This document shows positions 22,553-33,627 of a stretch of DNA of 64,000 bases, piece by piece. This DNA comes from Rebecca billardiae RCC1528 (lineage: Eukaryota; Protista; Haptophyta). The stretch lies in contig OZ251244.1 of NCBI GenBank assembly GCA_965240325.2, positions 124,001-188,000 on the forward strand. Reading direction: 5' to 3'. The position numbers and the translations under genes were made by a program. The notes below the pieces were generated by a model that searched no databases, was not told the origin of the DNA, and saw nothing but the letters and a program-made list of their open reading frames with translations. The stretch's first letter is position 1; each line of letters opens with the position of its first letter.

Positions 22553-24007
22553 ATGGCGGCCGTCGCGGGCACGGCGGTGGAACAGCCGCCCACGCTAGGC
22601 GACATGCCGACGGAGGTGCTCGAGCGGATCCTCACGCTCATCGACAGCGGGCGCGGCGTCGCGCGCGCCGCTGCCGCCGCGAGCCTCTTCCGCACGCCGG
22701 CCGAGCGCGCGCTTCGCGAGCGCGCGCGCACGCGCGGGCATGCGCACGTGCTGCCAGCCACGCTGCCGGACGGTGTCGCCACGTGGACGGAGGAGCTACT
22801 CGCGCGGGAGCGCGTGCTCGAGCTCGCCCACGCGCACGCGCTCGTCCTCGGCCGTGGCGGCGAGGCCCGCTCCGCGCGCGCCTGGGCGGTCTGCGCAGAC
22901 GGGCGCGCGCACAGCTGCAGTGAGGACGAGCTGCTGGCGCTGCTGCACGCGGGCGGGGCGGGCGGGGACGGCGCGCCGGCGTTGCTGGCGCCAGCCTCCT
23001 CGCTCGGCGGCGTGCGCGTGCGCGCGCTCGCCGCCGGCCACTCGCACACGCTCGCGCTGAGCGAGGCCGGCGCCGTGTACGGCTGCGGCGAGAACGGGTG
23101 CGGCCAGCTTGGCCTTGGGCACGATGGCGGCACCGAGAGGTTCGTGCCGCTCGGGGGCCTGTGGGCGCGGGCTGGGGGCGAGGGCGGGGCGGAGGGGAGC
23201 GGCGCGCTCGCGGTCGGCATCGCCGTCGGCCGCACGCACAGCCTGGCGCTCGACACCGCGGGGCGCGCGCACAGCTGGGGCGGCAACGAGTGCGGCCAGC
23301 TCGGCCACGGCGACACGGAGACCCGGTGGGAGCCGACGCGCATCGAGGCGCTGGACGGCGTGCGCGTGGGCGGGCTCTCGGCTGGGTACGCGCACACGCT
23401 GCTCCTCTCGACGGCGGGCGCGGTGTACGCGTGCGGCGACGGCGAGCACGGCGAGCTCGGCCACGGGCGCACGCAGCAGCGGCACAGGCCTGCGCGCATC
23501 GAGGCGCTTGCGGGCGTGCGCGCCGTGCATGTGAGCGCGGGCTACGAGCACAGCCTGGTGGTGGACGCCGGCGGCGCCGTGCACTCCTTCGGCGGCGGCG
23601 GGTACGCCAAGCTCGGCCACGGCACCGAGGCGGGCGAGCTGCTGCCACGGCGCATCGACGCGCTGGCAGGCGTGCGCGCCGTGCGGTGCGCCGCCTCCGA
23701 GTGGCACAGCGCTGCGCTGGACGCGGACGGCGGCGTGCACGCCTTCGGGGACGGCCAGGGCGGCCAGCTCGGCCCGCAGGCGGGCGCGCTCTGCGCGCGC
23801 GGCGTGCGCGTGCCCGGCCCCGCGCGTAAGCCAGTCGCGAGCTGCCTGCTCACGCCCCTCTACGCGCTGTACGCCACGGCGGACGGCTGCCTCTACGCGC
23901 GCGCACTTGTCATCGAGCCTAGCGCGCGCGGGCAGCGCGCGAGCTCGGCCAGGCACAAGCTGCTGAGGCTGAGGGCGGTGCCGCCGCTGCGCACGGCCGT
24001 CGTCTGA
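22553..24007 (+). CDS. F-box-like + RCC1-repeat protein (paralog 2)
   Basis: LGDMPTEVLERILTLI, TWTEELLARER shared with paralog 1, multiple GQLGHGD RCC1 repeats; intronless. Confidence 0.88.
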   Translation: MAAVAGTAVEQPPTLGDMPTEVLERILTLIDSGRGVARAAAAASLFRTPAERALRERARTRGHAHVLPATLPDGVATWTEELLARERVLELAHAHALVLGRGGEARSARAWAVCADGRAHSCSEDELLALLHAGGAGGDGAPALLAPASSLGGVRVRALAAGHSHTLALSEAGAVYGCGENGCGQLGLGHDGGTERFVPLGGLWARAGGEGGAEGSGALAVGIAVGRTHSLALDTAGRAHSWGGNECGQLGHGDTETRWEPTRIEALDGVRVGGLSAGYAHTLLLSTAGAVYACGDGEHGELGHGRTQQRHRPARIEALAGVRAVHVSAGYEHSLVVDAGGAVHSFGGGGYAKLGHGTEAGELLPRRIDALAGVRAVRCAASEWHSAALDADGGVHAFGDGQGGQLGPQAGALCARGVRVPGPARKPVASCLLTPLYALYATADGCLYARALVIEPSARGQRASSARHKLLRLRAVPPLRTAVV

Positions 24008-24615
24008 CGGCTTGGTCGGCCTGGCTCGACGGCGGGGTGGGGCGCCGCGCTCGTGCTGCGCGCGAGTCGGACGATGACGATGATCGGACTACGTCACTTA
24101 TACTAGGCGACGAGACACAGCGGCGCATTCGTGTCACACGCCCGTGTCTCGGGGCGCCGCTGGTGCTCCGTGCTGACGCGCAACGCGGGCCGTAATATGC
24201 CCCGTAACATATATTTATATATATATCGACGATCCGATCCTCGTCGGCGCGGCGAATAATGCGCAGCGGCCGCGGGCCCAGTGCACGGCCCCGCCTAGTC
24301 CGGGCGACGCGGGCCAAGCCATGCAGTACCACGCATGGCGTGTCGCTGCTCGGAGCGTGCCACCCGCATGACGGCGGGGCCCGCCGCCGCGCGTGCGCGC
24401 TGCGCGCCCGAGTGCGCGCGGATCAGCGGATGCTTCAGCGCGCCGTTGCGTCGTGCGTGCCCGGCGACGCTGGCAACGCTGCGCCATGCGGGCCGCCGCA
24501 CGGCGCGACACGACGCCCGCGCCGCCGGCCCGCACTGCGCCGCGCGGGCGAGTGGGCGAGCGCACGCCGAGCTGGCCGCCGGGCGCCTCAGGAGGCCAGC
24601 TGGCCGCCGGGCGCC

Positions 24616-25848
24616 TCAGGAGGCCTTCTTCTTGAACGGGCCGTCGGCGAGCACCGGCGGCACGAGCTTGGAGAGCAGCGCTGTGATTGGCTGGAGCGGG
24701 TGCCAGTCCGGGCCCATCAGCGTCTCCTGCGCGATCGCGGTGCCCGCGAGGAAGGACACGGCCGCCAGCCGGCAGAGCGACTCGTCCGGGCTGCCCTTGG
24801 CGCTGAGCGCGGGCCACGCCGCCTCGGAGAGCGGCGGGTAGTGCAGCAGCAGGTGCACGCTCAGCGCGGTGGCAAAGGCGGACAGCATCACCCAGTTGAA
24901 CCCCTTCTCCACCGGACCCAGGCCCTTGTCGAACGGCAGGAACTGGCCTGCACCGCGGACGCAGAGGGCGCGCCACGCACGGGGCGCGGAGGGCGCGGGG
25001 CAGGGGCGGGGCAGAGCTCGGCGCGGCGGCACGGCGCGCGCGCGTCCGCCCGCCCGCACCGGCCGCGCGCTGCCTGCCACCTGCCACCCCTCGCGCACGC
25101 ACGGCCCGGCCCGCCCGCCCGCCGCGCGCGCGCTCGTGCGGGTTGGCGCGTGGCGCCGGACCGAATGAGCCGCCCATCGAGCCGGCGAGCACGGGCCCCC
25201 ACAGCGGGATCGAGAAGAGGCTCGGCTTGAGCGTCGCCTGCGCCAGCAGCACCATCGAGACGATGAAGTTGGCGCGGAACACCTCAAAGCACACGTGCAC
25301 GCACAGCCGCAGGGGCTTGGGCCCGCCCGGGCCGAGCAGCCTGCCGGGCCGGGGCGCGCGGGGGGCGAGGGGCGTGGGCGTGCGCACGCGCGAGCGGTGC
25401 ACGAGGCCGCGCGCCGCGCGCGTCGGGCGCGCGCGCACTTGAAGCCCAGGTCGCTTGGCGCGCGGTGTGCGATCCACCACGCGATCAGCGTCGAGGTGAC
25501 GACCGCGTCGTTGGCGAAGGGGCCGGGTGGCTTGCCCAGCGCGAGCGGGACGCAGATGCCGCCACCGAACGCGCCGACCAGCACCTTGAGGAACGACGCG
25601 CCCCAGAAGAGCGAGCGCGGGCCGAGCGCGCGCACCTTGAGCGCGACGTGCAGCGCGTACCCGCACGCGCACAGGAAGAAGAGGCGCGGGCTCTTGAGGA
25701 GGAGGAAGGCGAGCACGTCGTCCGAGGCGGGGAGCGCGGAGGCGCCACCGGCGGGGCCCGCGGACGAGCCCGCGCTCGCGCGCGACGCGTACGCCACGCC
25801 CGCCGAGAGCAGCATTGCCGCTGCGGCCGACAAGCGCGCTGCCACCAT
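24616..25848 (-). CDS. TRIC/TMEM38-like membrane channel; exons 25848-25439, 25340-25162, 24947-24616
   Basis: AFGGGICVPLALGKPP, WWIAHRAPSD, FEVFRA, LAGSMGGSFG pattern across multiple TM helices; two GT-AG introns preserve frame. Confidence 0.72.
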   Translation of the reverse strand: MVAARLSAAAAMLLSAGVAYASRASAGSSAGPAGGASALPASDDVLAFLLLKSPRLFFLCACGYALHVALKVRALGPRSLFWGASFLKVLVGAFGGGICVPLALGKPPGPFANDAVVTSTLIAWWIAHRAPSDLGFKCARARRARRAASCTARACARPRPSPPARPGPAGCSARAGPSPCGCACTCALRCSAPTSSSRWCCWRRRRSSRASSRSRCGGPCSPARWAAHSVRRHAPTRTSARAAGGRAGPCVREGWQVAGSARPVRAGGRARAVPPRRALPRPCPAPSAPRAWRALCVRGAGQFLPFDKGLGPVEKGFNWVMLSAFATALSVHLLLHYPPLSEAAWPALSAKGSPDESLCRLAAVSFLAGTAIAQETLMGPDWHPLQPITALLSKLVPPVLADGPFKKKAS

Positions 25849-25944
25849 CCTATTACGTAATCGTCGGCGGTGAAGGCGACAATCTCGTCCCAGACCGTTC
25901 CGTTCGCCCGAAGCACTTCCACGCGCGCCGGGTCGCGCCCGGAC

Positions 25945-26842
25945 CTGGCCGATACACACCCGGCCGCTCTGCGCGTGGTGGAACCACGCTCGCAGAGCGG
26001 CCGGGGCTAACCTCAGAGATCGGGCCCGTGACGAAACATGGCAGCGCCTCGGGACGCGTGGCCGGCGCTGGGGGGCGACACGCGTGGTGCTCGTTTGGCG
26101 TGGCGCGGTGTCGGACCGGTCGCGCGCTTGGAAGATGGACGCACCTTCACGTTGTTCGGGCACTCCCGCATCAGGTCTATGCACGCGCGTCTCTCTCGCC
26201 GCCCGCGCGGGGCTCGCTTTCACCCGCCGCCCTTGCACCCGCCTCACAATCGAGCCGCTGTAACTCGTTATGGGCGGGAATGGGCGGGCTCAGACGCATT
26301 CTGCGCGGTGGTCTAGTGGTATGTGAGAAGGTTGGATGCGGCCGTTTTCTTGTCGTGGCTTGTCGTCGCTCACACGCGTCCACTTGGCTACCAGTGCGCA
26401 CTGCCTGTGACTGCCTGTGCGCACGCGCTCTGACATCTCGGCTGGGGAGGGATCGGCATGCCGGTGTCACGACGAGCCCGGGCACACGGAACTAATCGTC
26501 TACTCCCAAGCCGCGCGCACCTGGCTGGAAGTGGCTGGCGAGCAAGTTGGAACCGAATGCAATCATGATGGCACTATACGCTCTGCTCAGCCTTGTCAGT
26601 GCGAGCACGACGGGAACGCCGTACGCGAGGCGAGGCGGCGCAATGAAGCGCGCCCCGATGGCGGAGAGCTCACCAACATGATCGAAGAGCCCGCCCGCAC
26701 CCTCAGGCGTGGCCGCGGGGCGCGCGTCCGGGACCGCCTCAGGCCCCTGAGATTCGCCCCGGCCGCTCTGCGAGCAATAGGCGGAGCATGAATTCAGCAT
26801 GGGTTCCCCATGCACAAAGCGGTAAGGGTGTGTATCGGCCAG
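25945..26842 (+). mobile_element. Complete 898-bp non-autonomous Mutator-like DNA transposon
   Basis: 17-bp TIRs CTGGCCGATACACACCC / GGGTGTGTATCGGCCAG; perfect 9-bp TSD CGCCCGGAC at 25936-25944 and 26843-26851; further copies at 1667 and 22226. Confidence 0.92.
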
Positions 26843-27856
26843 CGCCCGGACAGGCCATCATCTATACCGGATTGCCACAGCTTGCGCTAGCACTGTCTGT
26901 CCGTCGCCGTGCCGCGGTGCCGGCTGCCCGCCGTCGCCGCCGCGCGTAGAGGTTGCCCTCCCCGTCGTCGCTGCCACAGCGGTGTGTTTGCGCACAGGCT
27001 GCGCCGCTCATTACGGCCGTTCACAGCAGCAGCAGATAGGGGGTCCATGACAGCAGCCCACTGATTTGTGATTTTCGACAACTATGCGATTTAGGTGTCT
27101 GACGAGCGAGGCGCTTGCGAAGGCACCCACAAATATGTCCCGGAACCCAGCCCAGCCGTCAGAAGCACGCAAAACCGACTCCGCGTGCCGTCACGCGGTC
27201 GTGCGCGCGCGCCAGCTGCGCCACTGTGTCACATACAGATTCAGCCAAACGTCAACGACTTGTTATGGCAGCTAAATGACGGTATATCGTCGAACATACT
27301 TATTCATAACCGTTGCAACCCGCCCAAATAAAATTACGGTGGAATTGCTGATTTTTAGAAGGCACGATGAGTGCGCGTAGAGGGCGAGGAAAAACTACTC
27401 CAAGATCGAGCATGTTACCCATTTAATTAGAGACACGTACCCGTATATATGCGCATGTCTACCCGCGTTTATTATATAACGCGGGTGCGTTTTAAATATA
27501 TATTCAGGGTGCTGTCAATATGGGGGTACCTTGTTCACTATTCGTGCCGGGTCATCCGAATAGGCCGCGCCGCCGCGCGGAGACCGCGGGCTCATGCCAC
27601 TCGAACCGTGCCGCAGCAGGCCCGGACGGACCTGATGCGGGCGGCGGGCTGCGTGCCGAAGCACACTACCAAGCCCACCTCTGAGCATGCCACCATCCCC
27701 ATAGTCGTGAGAGAGTCCTCCGCCATCGAGGCTTGCGTGCGCAGACTAGCAGTCGCCGCCGCCGAGCTTGCCGCGGTCCGTTCGGCGACTTCCGTGCCCG
27801 TGCTCTGTGTCACCGGCGTCGTCGCCGTTCGTCGTACCCTAGCCCACGCGAGGGCG

Positions 27857-29184
27857 TCACCGGTCCACCAGTACTGCGGCGGACTGCGCGCGCTTCGCCG
27901 CGCGCTCGCCCTCGAGCTCCGGCGCTCTCCTCTCGCGCTCGAACTCGGCGCAGTCGGCAGCCATGGCAGCCCGCTCGGCCGCAGCTCGATCTGTGCCCCC
28001 GCGCGCGCTGCGCTCGGTTGCGTTGGCGCGCAAGCTGGCGCGCGCAGCGTCGGCGACGGCGCGCGCGATCGCCTTGCGCGACGAGTTCAGCTCCACCTGC
28101 TGCTCCGTCAGGCGCACCTGCTGCTCCAAGATGATCGCGTGCTCAGCAGGAGTCACGCGCTGCTCGTGCAGCTGCACCTGCACGCGGCCTGCTGCGGACG
28201 CGCGCGGCGCGCTGGCGTCGGGGGGCGAGTAGAGGTCGCGGAAGGGGCAGCTGTCGTCGCCGGCGCCCAGCGACGTGTCGTCGACATCCAGCTCCGCCTT
28301 CCTCTCCGCCGCCGACGCGCCCTGCTTCCGGCTCAGGATGCGCTCCATGTCCTCGTGCTTGCCCTTCCACCACCTGTGCACGGTCATCAGCCAGATGCCG
28401 ATCACCTCGAGCCGCGGCGAGTCGTGGCGCAACGAGATGCCGAGCGCATCCACGCAGACGAGCGTGAGCGCCTTGGGCTTCTTCGTCCGACCGTCGCGCG
28501 CGGTCTGGGCGCACGCAGGGGTGAACACTCTGACCAACGGCTTGTGCTTCTTCAAGTTCTCAAGCATGAGCTCCACGAGACCACGAGCGTGCGGAGGAGG
28601 TCGAGGAGCATGAAGTCGAGCACCGATGCGTACCGCGGGCGAGTGCCGGCCACGCGCCAGCTGGTCGAAGGCTGTAGCACGTGGATGGCGCGCGCCGCCA
28701 CCGCCGTCTCCTCGAGCTGCTGCGCGCTGACGTTGACGTCAGGCCGTAGCTCGGGCCTGCACGGTTGCTCACAGTCGAGGCCGTCCGCGGAGGAGGCGAG
28801 CCCCTCGGCGGTGCCGGCAGGGACCTCGGGCGGGTCGCACACACCCATGGGCACGCGTGCATCATCATCTGCCGCGCCCTGGACCTCGTCATGCCCGGCA
28901 CATCGGTCCGCAAGTTGGTCGGCGGCAGCTAGCCCTTGCGGCAGAGGCGTCGCGGGCACGTCCGAGGGCGAGATGGCAGCGACGGGTGGGGAAGGAGACA
29001 GTGTCCAGTCGTTGTCGATGCCCATCCCACCATATTGCGCATGTTCGTCTCCGTATTGCTCTCCTGCACGTGCTCCCAGGACGCGCTCCTTGGTCGCGAG
29101 CAGCACACGTCGAGCACGCAGATTCAAATGATGAAGCACGAGCGTCGTTTGGCCAGCGACTCCCAGCGAGAGCCCGGTCCACAC
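27857..29184 (-). pseudogene. Possible frameshifted or spliced hypothetical gene (two overlapping ORFs 29184-28552 and 28576-27857) with coiled-coil-like C-terminus
   Basis: Protein-like composition (ENLKKHKPLVRVF...HRWWKGKHEDMERIL...ILEQQVRLTEQQVEL), AT-rich flanks, no recognisable family. Confidence 0.35.
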
Positions 29185-30444
29185 GAACCGTGGCTACGTG
29201 TCCGTGTCAACCGAGTCGCTCGGCGAGGCGCCCGCGCCGATGTGGGCGCGCCCAATGGCGAGCGGACGGCCGTCGACGAGGGCCATCAGCCTTGCCGACC
29301 CCGTTCAGAGCTCCGCTCCCGCGCCGGGCCGAGCCGAGCGCGGATTTGGAATCTGCCGATCGCGAAAACACGCCGAACAAGTTCTGAAAAGGAAAAGAAA
29401 AGAAATCAAAACTCGATTTAATCAGATGGACCCCCTACAGCAGACCAGACAGCCGCTCATAGCTGCCCTGTCGGCCTGCTGAGTGAGTCCGGGCTGCCGC
29501 GCTCGTCACGGCGGCTCGGGCAGTCTGGCACTGGGCCCCGAAGTGCGCACCGCCGTGGTGCCAGCTGCCGGCGCCGTGGCCGCCACCCGCGGTGCCAGAG
29601 ATGGCCATCTCCCTTGGACGCGGGTAGGGCTGACGAGACCGTCGCACACGTATGCCAGTCTGCAGCCTGAGGCGCACCGGGCCAACCCCCCTGGCGCGGA
29701 ACAAGCGTGCGGGGGAGCCGTCACTCGACGGCCGCCGAAGGGTCGACGAAAGCAGTGCCAACCCGTATTGCCCTATAGGTGATTGAGAGAGGGGTGCCCT
29801 TTTCCATCAGCCCGTGTAGCTGACGCGGCGCCAACCCATACGGGGGGCCGAGGCCCCAGGCGGGCGCGGGAAGCGTTCACCTTCCCGTGGTCGGATACGG
29901 TCGCGGGAAGGGGAACGCGGATACAATCCAGCCCACGGAGCCGTCCACAGGTGCACCGGACAGCGAACGAGTGCACTCGTTCCTGCACCCGCCCGCAACA
30001 TGGCGCCAAAAGATCTCACACGCACCCCCGCCCCGCGCGGGCGCCGTCATCGTCGTGCATCCTTCGCGCGCAGGTGATGAGACGACGCCACGCTCGGAGT
30101 GCAGCGCAGCCCTCATGAGCATTTGCGACCAGGCCGAGCCACTCGGCGGCGACGTATCGGCGCCTGCGGGCTGCGGCCCCGTACGCGGTCCAAAAGCCTG
30201 CCATGGGCGGCGCTGACGCATGGCGGACATGCTGACACGAGTTTAAATAGCAAGCGGATGCGCAGAGCCGAGACAGGAGATGACCAAGGAGAGCCGAGAA
30301 GCCGATAATAATTATTAATAAAAGGGGGCGCTGCGGAAGTGCGGATCTGTTTTGCCAACATAATGCCAACCGGCACTTCTCCAAAATCGGTTGATGTCGA
30401 TCGACGAATCAGGAGACCTTTCTGAACTGTCGAATCATAAAGTA

Positions 30445-30606
30445 CAGTTTTTCAATAATTGAGACGCACACAGCTCAGGCAGGCATCAGTTTCGATGCAT
30501 GAATACTCAAGAGACGCACATAGCTCATGCTCCCGAGATTGACGCCGACAGTAGTAGTCCGTAGTATGAGCTGAGTGCGTCTCTCAGATTTCTTCTTGGT
30601 AAGCTG
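30445..30606. mobile_element. Degenerate ~160-bp MITE of the Tc1/mariner-like family
   Basis: TA-CAGTTTTTCAATAATTGAGACGCACACAGCTCAGGCAGGC on the left; TGAGCTGAGTGCGTCTCT...TCTTGGTAAGCTG inverted on the right; matches the ends at 1515 and 52028. Confidence 0.6.
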
Positions 30607-30673
30607 TTCTCGTAGTGGTACGACGGTCCGTCGTCGCGGCTGGGGACCAAGGCCCCCCCCCCCGTGGGCAAGG

Positions 30674-33587
30674 ATGCTCGCGGCGGCGCTCCTGCTGCTG
30701 CTGCTGGCGGGGCCGGCGGCGGAGGGGGCGACGGTCGCACGCGGGTACGTCGCGTCATTCCCTTCGCCCACGATCCACGCCACCCCGCGCACCGTCCCGC
30801 TCGACCCGTCCAACGCGGCGGTCGCGGCGCTGCGCGACGGCGTGACGGTGATGCTGTGGGCGCGCTTCAACGACCTCTCGCCGCAGCGCATCCAGCCGCA
30901 TGTGCGGCTGGGCAGCCGCACGTACGAGCAGATGCTCACGCCCTTCGCGGGCGTCCACGGCGGCTTCAACATGGGCGTCACCGGGCCGACCGCGCTCGAG
31001 TCGATCGGCGAGAACGCGAGCGCGTGGCACCACTACGCGGCCACGTACGCGCGCGAGAGCGGCGCGCGCGTGCTGTACATCGACGGGCGCGAGGTGCACC
31101 GCGACACGCTGAGGGCCGGGTACGACTACGTCGCGGACGAGCCCTACTTCGTGCTCGGCAACGCGGCGAACAACGTGCTGCGCCCCGAGTCGTACCTCTC
31201 GAGCGGCCAGCTGTGGCTCTGCTTTGACGGCCAGCTCGACGACCTCGCCATCTTCGGCGGCGCGATGAACGGCTCGGAGGTGGGCGCGCGCGTGGGCGTG
31301 TCGCTGACCAACCGGCTCGCCGCCGGCCTCGAGCCCGCGCTCTCCTTCTTCTACAACTTCAACACGGGCGGGCTGGGCGCGGGCGGCGCGTCCGCGGCCG
31401 ACGGCGGCGCGCCGCTCGAGCCCAACCTCGGCCACGCTGGCGCGGCCGGCGACCTCGTGCTCGGCCGCGCGGTGAACAAGCCGACGGAGGACCTCGCGAC
31501 GCACATGACGAAGACGGGGCTCAAGCTGCCCCTCGCCGCCTTCGAGCGCACGCCGCTCTCCGCGAGCGCCACGTGGGCGGCGGTACGGCCGCTCGACGCG
31601 GACGCGCCGCACGTGGTGCTGCTGGCGCCGGGCGAGCGCGTCGCGCTGGCGCTCGCGGCGGAGGACGGCTCGGTGGAGGTGGTGGAGGCGAGGGCGCCCG
31701 AGCCGTTCGACGCGCCGCTCGAGCTGCCGACCAACCGCACCGCGCCGCGCGTGCACCTCGTCCCGCACGCGCCCGCGCTCGCGCCGCTCGGCGCGCTCCG
31801 CCCCGTGTACCTGCGCCGCCCCGCCGTCGAGCGCCGCCCGTTTGCAATGCGTCTCTGGGGCACCGGCGGCGGCGGCCGGCGGCTGCGCGCGCAGCTCGTG
31901 CGCCCGCCGGCGCGCGGCGCGCTGTTCGAGCTCGCGCACGAGGCCGCGCCGCGCGGCGCGCGCCTCGCCGAGCCCGGCGCGCTGCTCTCCGGCCGCGCCA
32001 ACCTCGTGCTGTACGAGCCGGACCCGGCGGGCGGCGCGGGCGAGGATGGCTTTGAGTACCGGCTGCTGCCCGCGGCGGGCGCGGGCGCGGAGGAGGCGGC
32101 GGCTGGGCTCGAGGCGGGGGCGGTGCTCGAGGCGCTGGCGTCGGAGGCGGTGAACGTGAGCATCCGCGTCGAGAACATCGACGACCTGCCCACCGCGCAG
32201 CCCGCGAGCGTCGAGCTCGACGAGGACGGCGGCGGCGCGCGCATCGAGCTGCGCGCGGCGGACGCGGACGTGGGCGGCGTGTTGGCTGTGCACCTGCTCA
32301 GCCTGCCGCGCCACGGCGGCCTGTGGTACGAGCGAGGCGCGGGCGGCGAGCGCGTGCGCATCGAGGCCGCGCACGTGGTGTACCACGTGGGCGAGGGCCT
32401 CGTCGAGCAGTACCTCTCCGAGATCCTCGCCGTCTCCTCCTTCTGGGGCTCGGCCAACTCGGCGTCCTACCACCCGCTCACCGCGCTCGGCGCGCCCGGC
32501 TGCGGCGCGTACGGCGAGTGTACGAGTGACGGGCCGTGGACGCGCGAGCCGGGGGCGTACCCGGCGGTGGGCGAGCGCGTGCTGCACCCGCCGAACGGCG
32601 CGCTCGCCACCGTCCGCGCCGTCCACCCCGACGCCGCCACGCTCACCCTCGAGCTCGCGCCGCTGTGGAAGCCCGACCGCTCGGCGCCGCCCAACGGCAC
32701 GGCGAGCGGCGCGGCGCCTGGCGCGGGCGCGATGCGCCGCTGCGCGTTCGCGGCGCCGGCGCTGGCGCACGCGTACCCCGACGACTGCGCGTTCGACGCG
32801 GTGGCGGCGGACGGGTCGGCGCAGGTGCTCACCGTGCCGCGCGACTCGATCGGCGGCCTCGAGCACGGCTGGTCGCCGCTGTACAAGGGGTACGCGCCCG
32901 GCCAGCCCATGGCGGGCGGCGGCGTGTACGGCCCGCAGTACGTGTTTGCACACTCGCACGACGACAGCTACGAGCGGCACGGGTACACGGAGTTCCTCGA
33001 GGCGGGGGTGGAGGAGGCGGTGTACCTCACGTCGGTGCAGGTGGGCATGCCCCGCGGCGCGGGCGCCATCGTCGGCATCCACGCCCGCGGCCCCGACGGC
33101 GTGAGCTGGGTGCGTGTGTACGGCGGCTCGGCGCAGTCGTCCGAATCGGAGCGCGCGACGCGGCTGCGCCAGTATTGGTCGTGGGAGTTCGCGGTGTGCC
33201 GCACGCACTTCCGGACGCGGCAGATCCGGCTCGAGCTGGACACGAGCGCGGAGACCGGCATCGCCGACTGGAACTACATCGACTACGTCAAGCTCGTCGG
33301 CGTGCGCGAGCTCTCGAGCGGGATGCTGCCGCACGGCGTGAGCGCCGTGTGGTACGCGCCCCAGCGCCACTTTGCGGGGCCGGACAGCTTCGACTTCGCC
33401 GCGAGCGACTGCCCGGGGAAGGCGCTGCGCTCGTCGGCGCCGGCGCGGGTGGCGGTGCGCGTGCGCGGCGTGAACGACCGCCCCGTCGTCTCCGACGTCT
33501 CCGTCGACGCGCTCGTCGGCGAGCGCGCGCGCGTCGAGCTGGCCGTGACCGACGTGGACGTGGATGAGCCGAGGCGCGACGACGACG

Positions 33588-33627
<40 letters not shown>

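Noticed and set aside
20732-24007. UVR8 photoreceptor (WGWNKRGQLG resembles UVR8)
   Set aside because: The GWRHT tryptophan-triad repeats are absent and an F-box-like N-terminus is present.
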